Assembly (NCBI GenBank): GCA_002633005.1
Contig: NMRA01000029.1
Span: 105,707 to 169,706 of the forward strand
Length of the DNA stretch: 64,000 nucleotides
Direction: 5' to 3'
Source of the DNA: Phoronis australis
Taxonomy: Eukaryota > Animalia > Phoronida
Shown: piece after piece, positions 1 through 14,168 of the stretch
How the letters are laid out: every line of letters starts with the position of its first letter
How positions within the stretch are numbered: position 1 is the stretch's first letter
Program-made: the position numbers and the translations under genes
The notes under the pieces: model-generated
What the model was told of the DNA's origin: nothing
The model's database searches: none
Seen by the model: only the letters and a program-made list of their open reading frames with translations

Positions 1-54
1 GGGAGGACAGAGGACAGGGGGAGGACAGAGGACAGGGGGAGGACAGAGGACAGG
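1..54. repeat. GA-rich short tandem repeat (ggggaggacagaggacag-like)
   Basis: About 3 units of 18-19 bp at the window edge. Confidence 0.8.
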
Positions 55-404
55 GCTACTGGTGATAATACTGCCCACACACCTTACTGTCTTGGCTTGT
101 GCACCATATTCAGCTCAATTAGAGTCTTCATCTTAATCATTTAAATGTATCCCTCCCCCCTTCAAACTTTGGAGTTATCTAAATTGGGGTGGTCCAATGG
201 CATCAGTTCAGATACCGCTAGTCAACCCTTGGAAGATTGGGATATTTATATCACCAACAGGTGATACCTAAGTTTATTTTGCTGCTGGTGGAAGTCAATT
301 TCTGTCATGCAAGGAAGGCTATTGAGACCAGTTTGTTACAGTGTGGTTGCCTATACTTCATGTTTTTCATGTCCAGGGTAGAAGTAAAAAAGAAATGACC
401 TTAT

Positions 405-1146
405 AAGGTTGCACAGGACCAAATCCACAAGTGGGCATTCATCCAAATATTTACTAAATAAACATATAGTTATTTCAAAGATTGCCTTTATTAGAATGAA
501 GAGGATCTGTAAATAAACAAAGCAGGACTTAGCCTAACGATATGATAAAGTTCTACTATGTGAAACACGGCTTAAAATAGTCTTATTTACCAATAAAATA
601 GTTCGACAGCACAATCGTGGGTTGAAGCGAGTATCGGAAGGAAGTCCTATAGCGACACCTATCGTTCGCTGAATAAAGTATTCTCTATTTACAAAACTTA
701 ACAGTTTAACTCGGCAAAAATATATATTTTCTGAAAGTAGAAAACCTGCAGAACTTTGTTTTTGACTGTATTGTGTCGCGTGTCTAGGTGTCTTTCAAAA
801 ATTTAGTGAAAAATAAAGGCACAATCATAGCAAAAGAGTGATATCAATGATATGACAAAATTTTCGTTTAATACAAAAGTTTAAGATGAAATCTCAAACA
901 TGCTATTCCAGTTTTCTAAATCGTCGTTTTGTTTTCATTTTCTGTAACTTCATTTTTTTCATAAAAATGATTAATGTCTTATTTTTGCCCTCACGTAAAA
1001 GAGGGCCAACTTGAAAACAATTCATAAGATTTTACAGAACTGTACATAATCCGAATATCCCATTTGAATCCCAACAGCCATTTCTTAGATATGATATTTC
1101 TAAAATAATCGGAAATTTGAATTTTTCTAGGGTCCTATATAACCTT
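405..1146. mobile_element. Degenerate Kolobok-like non-autonomous DNA transposon
   Basis: Imperfect TIRs aaggttgcacaggacc / ggtcctatataacctt with degenerate TTAA flanks. Confidence 0.4.
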
Positions 1147-2666
1147 ACATAACTTGCTATAAAAATTTCACCAACATAGGATATGCCAGACAAGTGACTT
1201 TACATTCTGATTTTTTCAGTGAAAGATAGGTACTTCTTAAATAATGGTTTTGCATGTTCAAGGTCTGTACTATAGCTACCATTGGACAATATGTTGGAAA
1301 ATTTGTGGGCATTCACAACATGGGAAAAAGGGAATTGAGCAATTGATTTTTATCCAAAAGTGGTGAAATTTAACTTATGTGGAGTTACTATGGCCTATCT
1401 CTGTCGGCAGCCATGGTTTATTCTTAACAATTTCTGAACATATTTTTATCTTCTTTTTTCTGATATTGAGGCATGTCGCATAGTCTCCTTACTGCAATTG
1501 CTTTGCTTAACATCTACTTAATAAACTTTGGAGTAATAGTGCCATTGGTCCTAATACAAATATGCCTATTGGTCCTTATTCTATGTCAGTGTGGCTGGCA
1601 CATTTTTTATTTACAGGTTTTTGAAAGTCAGTGCTCAGGCTTGTAATTGCCATTTTCCTAATGCGTGTCCTGGGGCTTCCAATCATTAATTTCAAATTTC
1701 CCCTTTTAGCTACATCTTGTCATACCTTATGCCAGAGCATAGTCTCATAAACATGAATGTTAGATGTTTCATTTTCCTTTTATTTTTCATTACAGTCATG
1801 CCATGCTGATATATGCGTACAACATTATACCTTAAAAAATTACTGTATCATATTGATAAAACTTAGCCTTAGTAGTCCATGCTTCCTGTTTCCAGCCAAT
1901 AGATAGGTGTGTTCACTTCAAATAAGATCAATCAATCAATTCAATGGTCTAAGTGTAATAAAAATATCTAAAGTACATAAAGATATTCCTTATCCATTTA
2001 CTCATAGTAACCTAGGTGATACTAAACCCACTTATACAAGTATGATATACAAAGGAAGTGCAAGGCTATGTTTTATTTGCATGAATGCCAAATATTGATT
2101 TTCTTTGGGATACTCTGAGAACTTAAGTTTTCGAAATCCGACTGTGCACAGACGTGTTACAATGGTAGCTACACATCTTTCTGCTGGGCAAACACCAACT
2201 TGGGAGGTGTCAACATACAATCATTGCCTTCAAAAGTGCCGTTCGCATTGAAGTCTTACTGGCACTAATGATATGTAATTTGGCTATTGATACCAAAAGC
2301 AAAGAATTGGTGCAGCAAATGTACAGGCACTTACCACTGCTACTGTAAAAATTCTCCAGTTTGGGACAATCCCCAGAATTTGGGACACTGAAATTGAAGT
2401 GAAATTGAATTTTTCTGATTCTAAAATTTGGGCTTGAGCAGTGATTGCATTTACAATATTTCTCAAATTCCGCTGTACATTTTTGCATAACGGGATCTGA
2501 AAACAGTTTACGAGTTCACTGATGAGAAACTGATTTCTTTAGACACATGGGTAAACTGCTACGAGAATGCCCTGTTCCCACTGTCATTATTAAGTATATA
2601 CAGTAAAATCAAATTGAATGATTGTTAAGCATCTCGCACTATTGTAACCAAAAATACCAAAGCAAC

Positions 2667-2971
2667 CAGTGGCGGATTTAGGGGGGGCCATGCCCCTCTT
2701 CCTAAAATTCTACCAGATACCATTTGGCAGTTCGGGTGGGAATTGCTGACTAGCACATGCGCTCTGCAGTGGAGCTCCGGAAGTGAATAAACAATACATA
2801 GGCCCCAAACGAACCCCGTCTACAATTTTTTTTTAGTCAAAAGGTCCGCAAACCCAAAAATTCGCGACCCCTGCATCCCTACATTTAAGGCTGGGGGTGC
2901 GCATTTGCCGAAATTCTGGTTATTAATGTGTACTGGTCCCCCCTAACTCAAAAATCCTGAATCCGCCCCTC
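2667..2971. mobile_element. MITE with 5-bp TSD (GCAAC)
   Basis: TIR cagtggcggattt ... aatccgcccctc; GCAAC at 2662-2666 and 2972-2976. Confidence 0.75.
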
Positions 2972-4149
2972 GCAACACCCAAATTCTGGACATGAAAAAA
3001 TCTGCCGTCTTGCTTTAATTGTTATATTTGGACAGTCTAGTTAGTATATTGCAAGTTTCTTTAAATTTGATATAAGCTCCGATTGTGGTTATTTTTTTTC
3101 ACTTACCTTGAGAAATCAGTTTATTGTATTTGAATTAAATGAATAAATGCTGTCTCCATTAAACCATGTGCACAGTTAGGTAGGTTTTACAAAAGGAACA
3201 GTCACAACTTTAAAGATATCCTCTTCTCTTTTTTCACCATTTCTGTATCTTTGATTTCATCCCTAGAATTGGAATATGTTATAAAATATAGTCCTATTAC
3301 TTTGCGTTTCTGTTTTCATTTTCTTAGTTCTTAATAAGTTATAGCTGTCTCAGCCAATTCCACTTTGCTGGTGAGCCATCAGAAATTGAAAAAGTTAGGT
3401 GAACCTAAAGACTGTTTTTTAACTGTTGTTTATTTAGGAAAATATTGATGTCATTTTGAAAGTCGAGTAACATGATGGGAACAATTTTTTGATTAAAATA
3501 ATTTGCGATATTTTTTTCAATTTTGTAATTCCAGTAAAGTGCAAAGAATATCTAAGGAAATCTTCCCTAGCTGCGCAGTATTTTACAATTTTGTTTAACC
3601 AGACTAATGTTTCTTTTTAACTCTTCTTGTTGGTTATTCTACTAGGGTTAGTCAAGAACCTGAAGAAACCCTTAGTACCCTATGGCTGTCTGAAGGAAAT
3701 TAACTTCACACGCTCTCAATGTCTGCCAAACTCTGCGTTGACTCTGACTTATGAGAAAATGTCTTTACTACATCTTTGTGTGTATTTGCTGCATCGGTTA
3801 AACCTCCTGTGTGTTAAATGTTTAATTAAGGTAATTGCCTGTGTAGATATGGCGTACTTATATTGACAAGATGAAGCAGCTTGATTGAGTTCTTGGGGAT
3901 AAATGTCTGTCATCCCTTCAGGAGTACAACTATGAAATGCACAGGAATTTTCAAAACAAAGTTTAGTTTAAATTCTGGATAGCATTTTTGTCATTTGGTT
4001 TTTGTTTACGGTAACACTAGTGCAACAGACAGGAATTTATTCATTGAGAAGTATAAAATTGCGATTTATATATATTTATTAATTTTTTATGTTTTGATGT
4101 TGTGAATACTTTGTGAAAATCTAAATAGGAAATATTACTTTATTTGTAG

Positions 4150-4393
4150 ACGACCTCCATAATTGATGGGCGGACAGATGATGAGGTGTTGTCTGACTTT
4201 CAACAAAATGGCTTCAATGAAGTGGTTGATCACGATGCATGCTGGGACTTGAACAAACGAGGTGCTGTAGGGGAGACTCTGCTACACTTGCTGTTCCTCA
4301 ATGGCACCCCTGTGCACCTGCAAATAGCTGAAGTGATATTGGATATGTACCCAAAACTTTCTCTTGATGTCTACGAGGGTGATGAATACTTTG
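4150..4393 (+). CDS. iav: TRPV channel (Inactive/OSM-9 clade), first visible coding exon; ankyrin repeat region
   Basis: tttgtAG acceptor and G|gtaag donor. Encodes TTSIIDGRTDDEVLSDF...CWDLNKRGAVGETLLHLLFLNGTPVH...YPKLSLDVYEGDEYFG, typical of the invertebrate TRPV ankyrin domain. No start codon found, so upstream exons are presumably outside the window. Confidence 0.9.
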
Positions 4394-5382
4394 GTAAGAC
4401 AGTTTTTGACAGCGAGCGTATGTTAGTTAGAGACTGAAGTCCAGGGAAAATTGAAATTAATCATAGCTGGCATGTCAATTTGTAAAATTTTTATTGCTTG
4501 TGTTAGAGGTGGCAGTTGCCGGTGTCAATTTGACATTCTGAAAATGCTCGGTTTTAGTTTAAGCATCAGTTCAAATTATTTGATTTTCAGTTGGAAAAAT
4601 ATGGAATTTTCTTGGTCTTAAAGAAAAGTTTAATGTTTCAAGTCATGAACAAATGTAGCCTTGAATTTTGGTGTCTTTTCAAAGCTGCTGGTGTGAAGAA
4701 CATTTGCTATTGAATTGAATTTGTTATTTTTACTCTTAGCATTAGAAGTGTTCATTAGTTTTAGTACCGTGTTGTAGTATTTGTCTTTAAAACAACATTT
4801 AAACACCTAAGAAAATAATCTTCATTAACATTTTTGGATTTTTAAAGAGACAAAAATTGAAATTCAATAAATTTTTGTTTCTGTACTTGTTTGGGTTAAT
4901 GCCTGTTGTCTGCGGCTAAATACTCTGACTTGGTTTTTAAAAAATAAAAATTTTTAGTACTTTTGAAGACTGATGCCATGTTACCTGTTCACCCATACTT
5001 TACTATGGTCAAGTCTTTTCGTTCCACTCAAAAGCAGACGGTTTTGGCCGATTTTTGGTTAATGCATCTCATAACATAAATGTTATTTCTTACCTCAAAG
5101 CTTGAGAAAAATCAAAGAATAAATGTTTTTATCTGAATCTATTTTGTCTGGCTTATACTACGAGCTGCGGTGGAGAGTAAGTTAAGAGGTGAAGTTTGAG
5201 AAGTGTCTTATGTGATGACATTTGCTTATAAGTATCAGTAATAATATCACTGACTGTTTTTTGAGGTGAGTAAAATTTCAGTTTAAATGCCAATAAGGTG
5301 TGAACCTGGATGGGTAGTAAAAATATCACTTGCAAAATCCATTCTTCATTTTAAATTTTATTCATACTCAACTTTTGCACAG

Positions 5383-5541
5383 GTGAGAGCTGTCTGCACC
5401 TTGCCATTGTCACTGGCGACATTCAATCTGTGAAGCGATTGGTTGAAGCTGGTGCCGATATCAACCAACGAGCGACTGGTTCTTTCTTTCTTCCGGAAGA
5501 CCAAAAGAAAAAGAAAAATGTCACGAAAACCAACTATGAAG
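5383..5541 (+). CDS. iav: TRPV exon (ankyrin repeat)
   Basis: gcacAG / G|gtttgt; GESCLHLAIVTGDIQSVKRLVEAGADINQRATGSFFLPEDQKKKKNVTKTNYEG; phase 1-1 fits neighbours; not in ORF track. Confidence 0.92.
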
Positions 5542-6486
5542 GTTTGTATAATTCTTAAGAAATTTCCATAATGGCAATTAACTGTTGTTATTTTACAATT
5601 TAATTGTTGTCTGACAGTTGTCTCATGGTGTCATAGTGGATTATTTTGAATTGTAGTTTGTGTCATTGACTATTATCCCAAGCACTTAATTGGACCTTAC
5701 AGCAACATTTTCCAAACATACAAGTCCTTTGAGATTTGTGGAATTGGTACTATTTTGACCTTCCACTGAAAAATTGGCAGCAAACATGATTAAACACCCA
5801 AATTTCCAAGAAACTAGCCTTGGTGAACGTAGTCTCAACGTTTTCTTGCAATTTTCTCAACTGAGAACACAGGAAGTAGAAAATCTTGCACGTATAGAAC
5901 GTCACTTGGTTTATAGCACTTCATGTGAAAGCCTTGTATGAGGTTGTACAATTACCTATCCCAGGAGGATTCCAACTGGGTAGTCACAAGCTAGCACCCA
6001 TGACGTCAACAGGAGTTGGACAAATATTCAAATTGCTTCTTATTCTTCAAATCCTCTGCTACAGATTTGCCTGGCCAACTACCATTGGATCCAAAAATTG
6101 ATCTTTCATCATCTCGCATAATGACTTGAGCTGTGGCACAATAAAATGTTATAGTATACTTGTCATGGCATTTGTCCAGGTACAGCAATCTTGTTTTGCT
6201 ATTCCCTAAAGCAAATACTCCTGCAGTCTCAATAGAATGGCTGTGCAATCCACTCCCAAGTTCTGTTTTCTTATTGTAATCCAAACATGTTTGAATAATT
6301 TCTGGGTCAGTCATTGAGGTCTTTTCATAATTAGTTGGCGTGCAATCAACTATCAACAATAAAAACACCGCTGGAGTGAAACTTGTGTATAGTTCCATCG
6401 GGTTTGGTCTTGCCCTCGCAAGAAAAAATATAGGTGTATTGAAAAACAATGTTTTTCCTATGTCTAGTTGCATGAAACCGTCCTAA

Positions 6487-6670
6487 TACACCGTATTCAT
6501 GCCGTTGCCATTTTAAAAGTTAGCCTCCTTTTCAATGCATTTTGCGCTTAAATACAGCACAATGATTAACTTTTTCCGCATGCCTTGTTATGTTCATGTC
6601 TCAAATGCATTGTTTTTTTAACTTAAATAGAGGCTCACTCCTAAACTGGCGACTGCGTGAATAAGGTCTA
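6487..6670. mobile_element. Small MITE with ~28-bp imperfect TIRs
   Basis: tacaccgtattcatgccgttgccatttt vs the reverse complement of aaactggcgactgcgtgaataaggtcta. Confidence 0.55.
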
Positions 6671-7784
6671 TAGGGACTAATCTAGTACGTTTCTTAAATT
6701 TTCAGCACATTAATTAACTTGGTGCAAACAGTGGTTGTCCTTTCTTCCGCTATTTTGTTTTCATTGATACATCAAGTTTTAGCTTTGGAAGTATATGTTG
6801 AATTCTAAATACTATTGAAAACAAATAGGAGCAGAGTCCTTAAATTAGGGGCATTTGCATGAAATGCATTTTCACTGAAATAAAGACCCAGTTTTTCTGT
6901 GTATCATTAGAAAATGTAAGTAAAAGAGGGCTAAAATAACAGATGAAATTTTTGGCATTTAAGTGAGTCAGTACAAATATGCTGAAAATTTGAGGAACAT
7001 AGTTGATTCCTCATTGGACTGCTTGATGCAACCTGTCACTGATATATATCAAAACAGTAAAATCTCACCAGTGTCAAGCAAGATAATTAACAGGGCCCTT
7101 GGAATTTTATTTTTATCACCTTTTCATCTTGTATGCGAAGCACTTCATAAATGCTTCAAGGTTATGGTGCCCTTTTTCACAAAAATACCATTGAAACATC
7201 GGCAGCAACCATGGAAAAGTTCGTACATGGTTTCAAAGCTGCAATATGGAAAATTTCAGGTGAATGCTGGTGAAAGAACTTTTACCCTATCATAGTACCT
7301 TTTAACAAAACAACATTTTTGCCAAAAATGCATGGTCCTGTGACCCAAGAATGGCTCAGTGCTGTGAATATCATATGAATAGATTTGTTTTGATACCTAG
7401 TTTCAGAAAATATAAGCTTTTATGAATTGATCTGTTACTAGTTATTAAATAGATATTTCAAGAAGAAGACAACATTTTAATGAGGGGTACACGTAACCTT
7501 AACGTGTTCACTTCTTTCACAACAATTTCAAAAAATCCTGAAACTTGGAAAAAGGGTAGTAATTATCCGTTTGACCACAGGTAGTGAGATTTTATCGTAT
7601 TTCATGAATTCCTGTTGTGTCCTTTCTTGATGTTGTCTGTGAACACTCTTAAATGAATACTCTAAATTTTGTGTGTGCAGGTAGCAGATATGGAGGTAAT
7701 GTATGGCTTCTAAGTTCTAGAGGTTGATAGATTCTGAACACTTTTAACTCTGTTTAGCTGTGTGATATAGCATTGAAACAAGTA

Positions 7785-8139
7785 CGGTAAAAATTCTCTG
7801 CTTTGGAACCATCTCTAAAATTTGGGACACCTAAATTCAAACCGAAAATGAATTTTCTTGGTTCTGAATATTGGAAAATGGGCAGCTTGTGGCGATATAA
7901 TATTTTTCAAACATTTTACAGTACGTTTTGTATCAAAAGAGTCTGAAAATAAACTTGTCAGATCATAAAATTTTCAAAAGTTGCAGCTGATTTAACATTG
8001 AGTAGAATCATTGTTTGCCATACTTTCTATTTTTTGAATTTGGGACGACCAATATTGTTTTCTTAAATTTATAACATCATCACTGACCTGGAGCAAAGTA
8101 ATTTAATTTTAATTGTCCCGATCGGGAGAATGTTTACCG
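7785..8139. mobile_element. Tc1/mariner-type MITE (TA TSD), multi-copy family
   Basis: TA|cggtaaaaattctc ... gagaatgtttaccg|TA. Related copies start at ~2341, ~19957, ~35779 and ~59207 (shared tttgggaca...aaattgaattt...ttctga). Confidence 0.7.
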
Positions 8140-8799
8140 TACTATCTTTTGGCCCTGTCACATTACAGTAGTTTCAATTTGGTCTCAAATGAGTATAAGA
8201 ATCCCATGGACGGCATCACATTTGAGGTACATTTTTAGCTAAAATTGATGGTTTCTGTCCATCGGCTTGTTTCATCAAGCTGCTAATATGAGCTTCAATG
8301 TTTTGAGAACAAATTTGAGTGAGACACATCCCTTTACTATGCTGAATAAACTTAGAAAAGGATGATTTCAAGAACTCGTTGAGCACGTGTTCTTTGCACT
8401 ATTGTTCATTTTATAAGGTATTGTCGTTTTGGGTAGGATTTCTTGATGAAACCACTCAAAAGATCAATATCCTGAATTTCTGCCTGGTGGCACTGAACTG
8501 GTACTGAAACTCTGATACTGTATTAAAATTTCTACATTTAACGTTGACAAGCTCTCCTTTTTGCCCATGTTTGAGGTTTGAACCCTTTGCCTAACTGCGA
8601 TTCTGGTTGCGGGCAATGCAAAAACCAATTCCACTTGAGTTTCACTATACTAAATATTCAGAAGCTAATGCACGGTTTTTTTCAGTCATTTCGATTTTGC
8701 TATAAGCTCAGTCTTTAATTTTCCAATTAGCTTCTGTAAATTATTCATTGTGTGAAAAAATGGGTATTTTATTTTTTGAGTTCCCCATTTTAGAGTTAG

Positions 8800-8906
8800 T
8801 TAGAAGAGCAATAGTTCCTTACACGAGTCCTGCATGTTGAGAACCAGTTTGAGTGACCCTTTTATTCAGTGGAGAAAACTGGTTCTCAAAATGCAGGACC
8901 CCTGTA
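8800..8906. mobile_element. Short hairpin MITE (second copy at 55327-55429)
   Basis: Inverted repeat tcctgcatgttgagaaccagttt / aaactggttctcaaaatgcagga; both copies share tattcagtggagaaaactggttctcaaa...cccctgtaa. Confidence 0.65.
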
Positions 8907-10275
8907 ATTGTGAATATTATTGTTAAAAGATAACAAAAACAATGACGTGTGCATATTAGTGACAAAACATGTCCTGAAATTAAATGACATATTTTTGCGA
9001 TGTTTGATTCCGCCTTTTATAATGAAGACACACCAACCAGAAAGACGCTTACTTTAAGGTTCGTTTTATTTTTAATTCCTGTGCCAAAAACAGACGACGC
9101 GTTTTTATACTTACTCAAGTGTGGCTCATTTAATTATTTCCAATGTTAGCTTGACTTAACAATGCAGATTTCATGAAATTTTCAAGACAGGTTTGATACG
9201 TTAAAATCATAGATTGATTAAGATTTAGAGAATGATAACCGTAACATCTGTGCTTTGCAAGGGTTCCGTGTGCATGATTTGTCATCTAGCAGCATAATTC
9301 CTTCACTTTAATACAACCGATACCAGCTTGGATTACTTTTGTTTTAGTAGTACAGATTAATGCTTGATCTAATTTGAGCACTATGTTCAGCTTATAGGTT
9401 TCAACCTGAGTATTCAAATGCTGAATATCAGAATAATAGTGAGTGTTGCAGATATTTGCTCTTAATATTTTCACTTAAGTCTATTGTTTGAGTGCTGTTA
9501 TTTGTGTGTGTGTGCGTGTGTAGTCAACAGTTGGTAAAACTTTGACTTCAAAACCAGAATTGCTTGAAGTGTGATATTACAAAAATTCTAATTTAGAAAA
9601 AATTAATTAATGGTACGTGTATCAAGTGCAGTTTAATTAATACCAGTATTACTGTTATGAGATTCCGTTTTATACAATGTTCCAGGTTTCACACAATGGC
9701 AAGTGTCGAACGTTTTGATTAATTTTGGGAGGGTGACTTAAAGTTCGTATCGTGAAGTAAGGCCAAAAAGCATAAACCGTTCTGGTCCGTACCTGACTCA
9801 TTTTGAAACTTTTATGCATTATATGCCAGCCCACATCAATTTCAGCCAAACTGAGTATCAAAGACTTTTTGAAAAGCTTCTCAACTGGCAAGCAAGTAAG
9901 ATTTTGATCATTACAATTGGCTACAAACAATAGCTGCATCTCTGAAATTGGTTTGAAACTAAATCGGGCAGTAAAAAACTGCATCAGTTTTACTTATTTT
10001 GGGTGGATTTTCAAAAAGTGGATAACTAAAAAATTACTACCACCACCTGCATCAATTTTCAAAACAACCCCAAACAGCTGTGGTTTTATGGCCTACTTAT
10101 AAACTTTTGGCTTATAAACCTCCTCATTCATATTCTCTTCTTTGAAGTTGGCCATTTTTGACTTGTGTTCAACATAACTTAGTACAATTTGTAGACTGAA
10201 GTCATAATATTACGAAATATTTCCTAAAATGCAAATCAATCACAACAATGATGCACACTTTTACTAACCTAATTC

Positions 10276-10540
10276 TTCCCATTTTTGGATCCAGCTTTCC
10301 CATGTGAAGGTCTGTCCTTCCCATTTTTGGGCCTTCCCATTTGAAGGTTTGTCCTTCCCATTTTTGGGTCCAGCCTTCCCATCCAAAGGTCGAGACCTTC
10401 TTCCCATTTTTGGGCCCAGCCTTCCCATCTGAAGGTCTGCCTTTCCCATTTTTGGTCCATTTCTCCCATTTGAAGGTCTGTCCTTCCCATTTTTGGGTCC
10501 AGCCTAATATTCCCATCTGAAGGTCTATCCTTCCCATTTT
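10276..10540. repeat. Minisatellite, ~42-bp unit (ttcccatttttgggtccagccttcccatctgaaggtctgtcc)
   Basis: About 6 degenerate tandem units; explains the overlapping minus-strand ORFs. Confidence 0.85.
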
Positions 10541-12054
10541 TGAATGTCTTTCGCATTGACAGCCCATTAGCTTCCTAGTTGATGATAAAACCTGAGGCAA
10601 AGTTTATTTGAATGTATTCCACGGTCATTGTTTTGATCAAAATGCCTTTATCAGAGCCATAGAATAGAATCGGTGAGAAAGCAATAGAGGTTAGTTGTTT
10701 CAGGGTGCGCAGTCATTAATCGATTTCTTACGTTGTTTTGATTTACAACTCATTTTCAGTCTCTATTTGGTGCAGTTACTTAGTCAATATCTGAGAATTG
10801 ATCCATGTAATCGTTCATTCGGATGTTTTTGTTTTGATAGGTTTCTTGATTGATTACGATTGTGGAATGTATCGATTGATATGTGAGCACACAGTGTGGT
10901 CCATTCTGTCTCATTTTTTCTAGAACTGTTTGCTAAAGTGTCATTTTTTATCTGTGCTATGCGTAAGATTGGCTTAGATGTTCAACCAACCACTAGGGCA
11001 TCGTAAGCTGATTTCCTTTAGTTTAAACGTCACAGTACAATTGAATAGCAGAGGAAAGAAAATAGGTTTAACTTAAAATCTCACCAGCTTTGGACAGAAA
11101 TAATTGCCAAAATGTCAAAATAGCACTTTTTTCATTTTTCAAAAGTTCAGGCATGATGCTGCGAATGATCACAGTTTTTAAATATTGTCTGTTGGTAGCT
11201 CAACTTGAATATGGCGGAACATTATTTTGGCACTTCAATGTATCGTTTATGGAAAATGGAGAAGGTAAAATTTCACCTTTCTGAATTATTGTGTCCTAAG
11301 TTGATGAGATTTTATGGTAGTCAACAATTAGAAACACATTTAAGTAGATTTTTTGCCACAGAAACTGGAAACTGGTGATTGCTTTTTTACGACATGGATT
11401 GATTTATGAAACATTTGAATGTTATTTTTAATTTCATCGCATTCCATTGAAGAAACTGACTTATGGTTTAAACCACCTACCGCTATGATAAAATTAATTT
11501 CAACTTTTCCTTAAAAATTGATTGTTGGTCTTGCAAAGCACTGGCAGCGTTGCTTGAGACCGGGTTCAGATTCCATGGTACCATTGTTTCAGCTCTTGTT
11601 CTCGCGCCTTCAGATATGTTGGAAGTTATACTATCACTCAGATAACGTTTTGGTTTGGTTGAATGCAAAATACGCAAGCTGAGAAAAACTCAATATTTGT
11701 CATCTGTGACTTATCGTGTTTTTATTTTATAACTGCTGGCTTAAGTACTCTTTTAAGTAAACTTAAAACACAGATGCACATTAAATGTTACAGTTGAAAG
11801 TATTTTCCTATTTTAGCTATAACAGTTATGGTTGTCTTTTTTCCTTGTGTAGGATTATTGTAATGGCCAGGTTTTTGTCAAGATGCAGTTTATTTCTATA
11901 GATTACTGATTTTCCTTATATTCGAGTGTACAGGATGAATTATGTTAGTTAGCTGCGGTTATTATTATTATTATTACACACCACAATCAACACTAATATT
12001 TGTAGAACACAATCTGTTTCGTACAAATACAGTCATTGCCATGTTCTTTTTCAG

Positions 12055-12209
12055 GATATTCATATTTCGGTGAATACCCCTTGGCCTTTGCTGCTTCACA
12101 TGGCTACGATGCCATCTATGATTACTTGATTGAGCAAGGGGCTGATCCAAACCTGCAAGACTCCTTTGGAAATACGGTGCTCCATCTGGTGGTAATTAAC
12201 AACCAAACT
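12055..12209 (+). CDS. iav: TRPV exon (ankyrin repeat)
   Basis: tttcAG / |gtaagt; GYSYFGEYPLAFAASHGYDAIYDYLIEQGADPNLQDSFGNTVLHLVVINNQT contains the TRPV YFGEYPL and DSFGNTVLH motifs. Confidence 0.95.
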
Positions 12210-14168
12210 GTAAGTGTATTGCAGTGACTGTGTTAAATTCTTTCCAAAAACAATAGCCACAGTTAGATTTTTATTCTGTTCTTAAGGCTTCCAACGTTGC
12301 TGTGTTATTTTGACAAATTGATAATAATTTACATGAGGACAAAAATATGCACTGCCACATTCCCACTTCACAGCTCTGATCGACTTAAATTTACAGTGGG
12401 TCTCAAAAAAGCGGTCATGGTGATTTCCTTACTTTCATGTTTTTCCATGTCTTGATATCGGTTTTCTAATACAACCACAATAGCCCATTAAGTTCAGTTA
12501 TCCGCATGTCTGTGATCCCTGAAATATTGAATATTTAAGATTTCACTGTCTCCAAAAGTGCCTGTCCAATGCCAGTGGAAAAAAGGCTTACCATTTTAAA
12601 AATTTCTTCTTAAGTAAAAATAGGTGTTTATAAAAATAAAATTGCGTGAGGTTAGAATGTAAGAGTCACATGACCTGGTGAGTTTTATGTTCCATTCTTA
12701 AACCTGTACAACAACATCAGCTGAATGTCTAGTATGTAGTGTTATTGTAATTTAAACAAACTTCACAGACTTAATTGAATTCTCACACAAAAATCTCCCA
12801 ATTTCAGCGCCTTCATCATACGTGGCCAAACTTTCCCCGTATATGCAAATTGCATTATTATGTAATTGAGACAAGTTTGGTTGAATTTGCTGGTGAAATA
12901 AAGTAGTGTAGGAATGTGAAAAGGGTATCTAATTGTACATTACATGATTTGCTCAAGATATGGATTTTTGAATCAAATTTTAGATGCTATTACAGTTTAC
13001 CTAACAACATTGTGATATTTACAGTTTTGCAATGTTTAAAAAACCGTTGTTTAACTTGTTTCCAAAATGAACTGACACAAATTACTGTTTACATATGTTT
13101 TCCTCTTCCCTGTCGGCATAATTTCAGTGTCAGAGAGTGCTAACCTAATTCTGAAGCTATTGCTGTCAGACTAAACAAAGTTAGGAAATTGTGCTCACCG
13201 CTACAGCAAAATATTTGACATGTGTAATTATTATAATTGTTAATGATGAGTGTGTGTCCTTGTGTGTATTACGCAAGGATTTGTTGGCTCTTTCTCTCCC
13301 CTAGTGTTAATTACTGTGTCTATTGACCACCATTCAAGCGACGTGACTATTAGAAATCTATTTGAACTTTTAGTAGGAAAGTCCTCCATGGCCGATTGAT
13401 TGCTCAATCGACAAATAATAAAAGCCCCGTGGTTGTTGTCAGTCACCATGGGGACATTGACAGATCTGTTTTAACCAGATCAATAATGTTATTTAAAGCG
13501 GCTTAAACCCGTGCTTTCTCTCAAAAAAGGTGTCGCCATAAACATGGTCTCAAATTATTCCTATTTAGATGATAAATGACTTTTTGGGCTTTGGAAGAAG
13601 TACTTGTTATTTTTTCAGACAAACTCACAAAGTTTTAAGTCACTCGGCTGACCTGAAGTTTTATGAGCTCGGTCTGAAAAAAACAACAAACTGTCAGTTC
13701 TTCCAACTTAAAGGTCACTTCTTTACTGAGTAAGAAACAAGATAAGATCAATTTTAAAACTGTTCTTTACAAAAAGCACCAGTTAAATGATACTTTAAAT
13801 TTTTGTCTCTGTTGTCTTAGTTAAGTGATAATGTAACCCAGAGTGCTGCTGTCAACAAGACAGTGTTTCCCCATTTGCTGAAGATTTGAACAGGATGAAA
13901 TTTACAGCAAAATGTGTATTATAGATGTTACATTGTTTGCCAATGAAAGTTACTACAATGGTTAATTTCTTGAGAAAAACTCCACCGAGAGGGCCAGCAA
14001 GTAATGACATGGAGTATGACGAAACGACAAAACAAAAGGAAAATTGAATGATACAAATAGTGCAAAGGGGGAAGGGTCATGACTCAGAAGAATGATTTTA
14101 CCATATTAATTGTGATAATGATCTTCATAAATTATGATAGCCTAATGGCTAATAATAACTTAAATGCA

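Noticed and set aside
10202-10600. Three overlapping minus-strand ORFs
   Set aside because: Derived from a ~42-bp tandem repeat.
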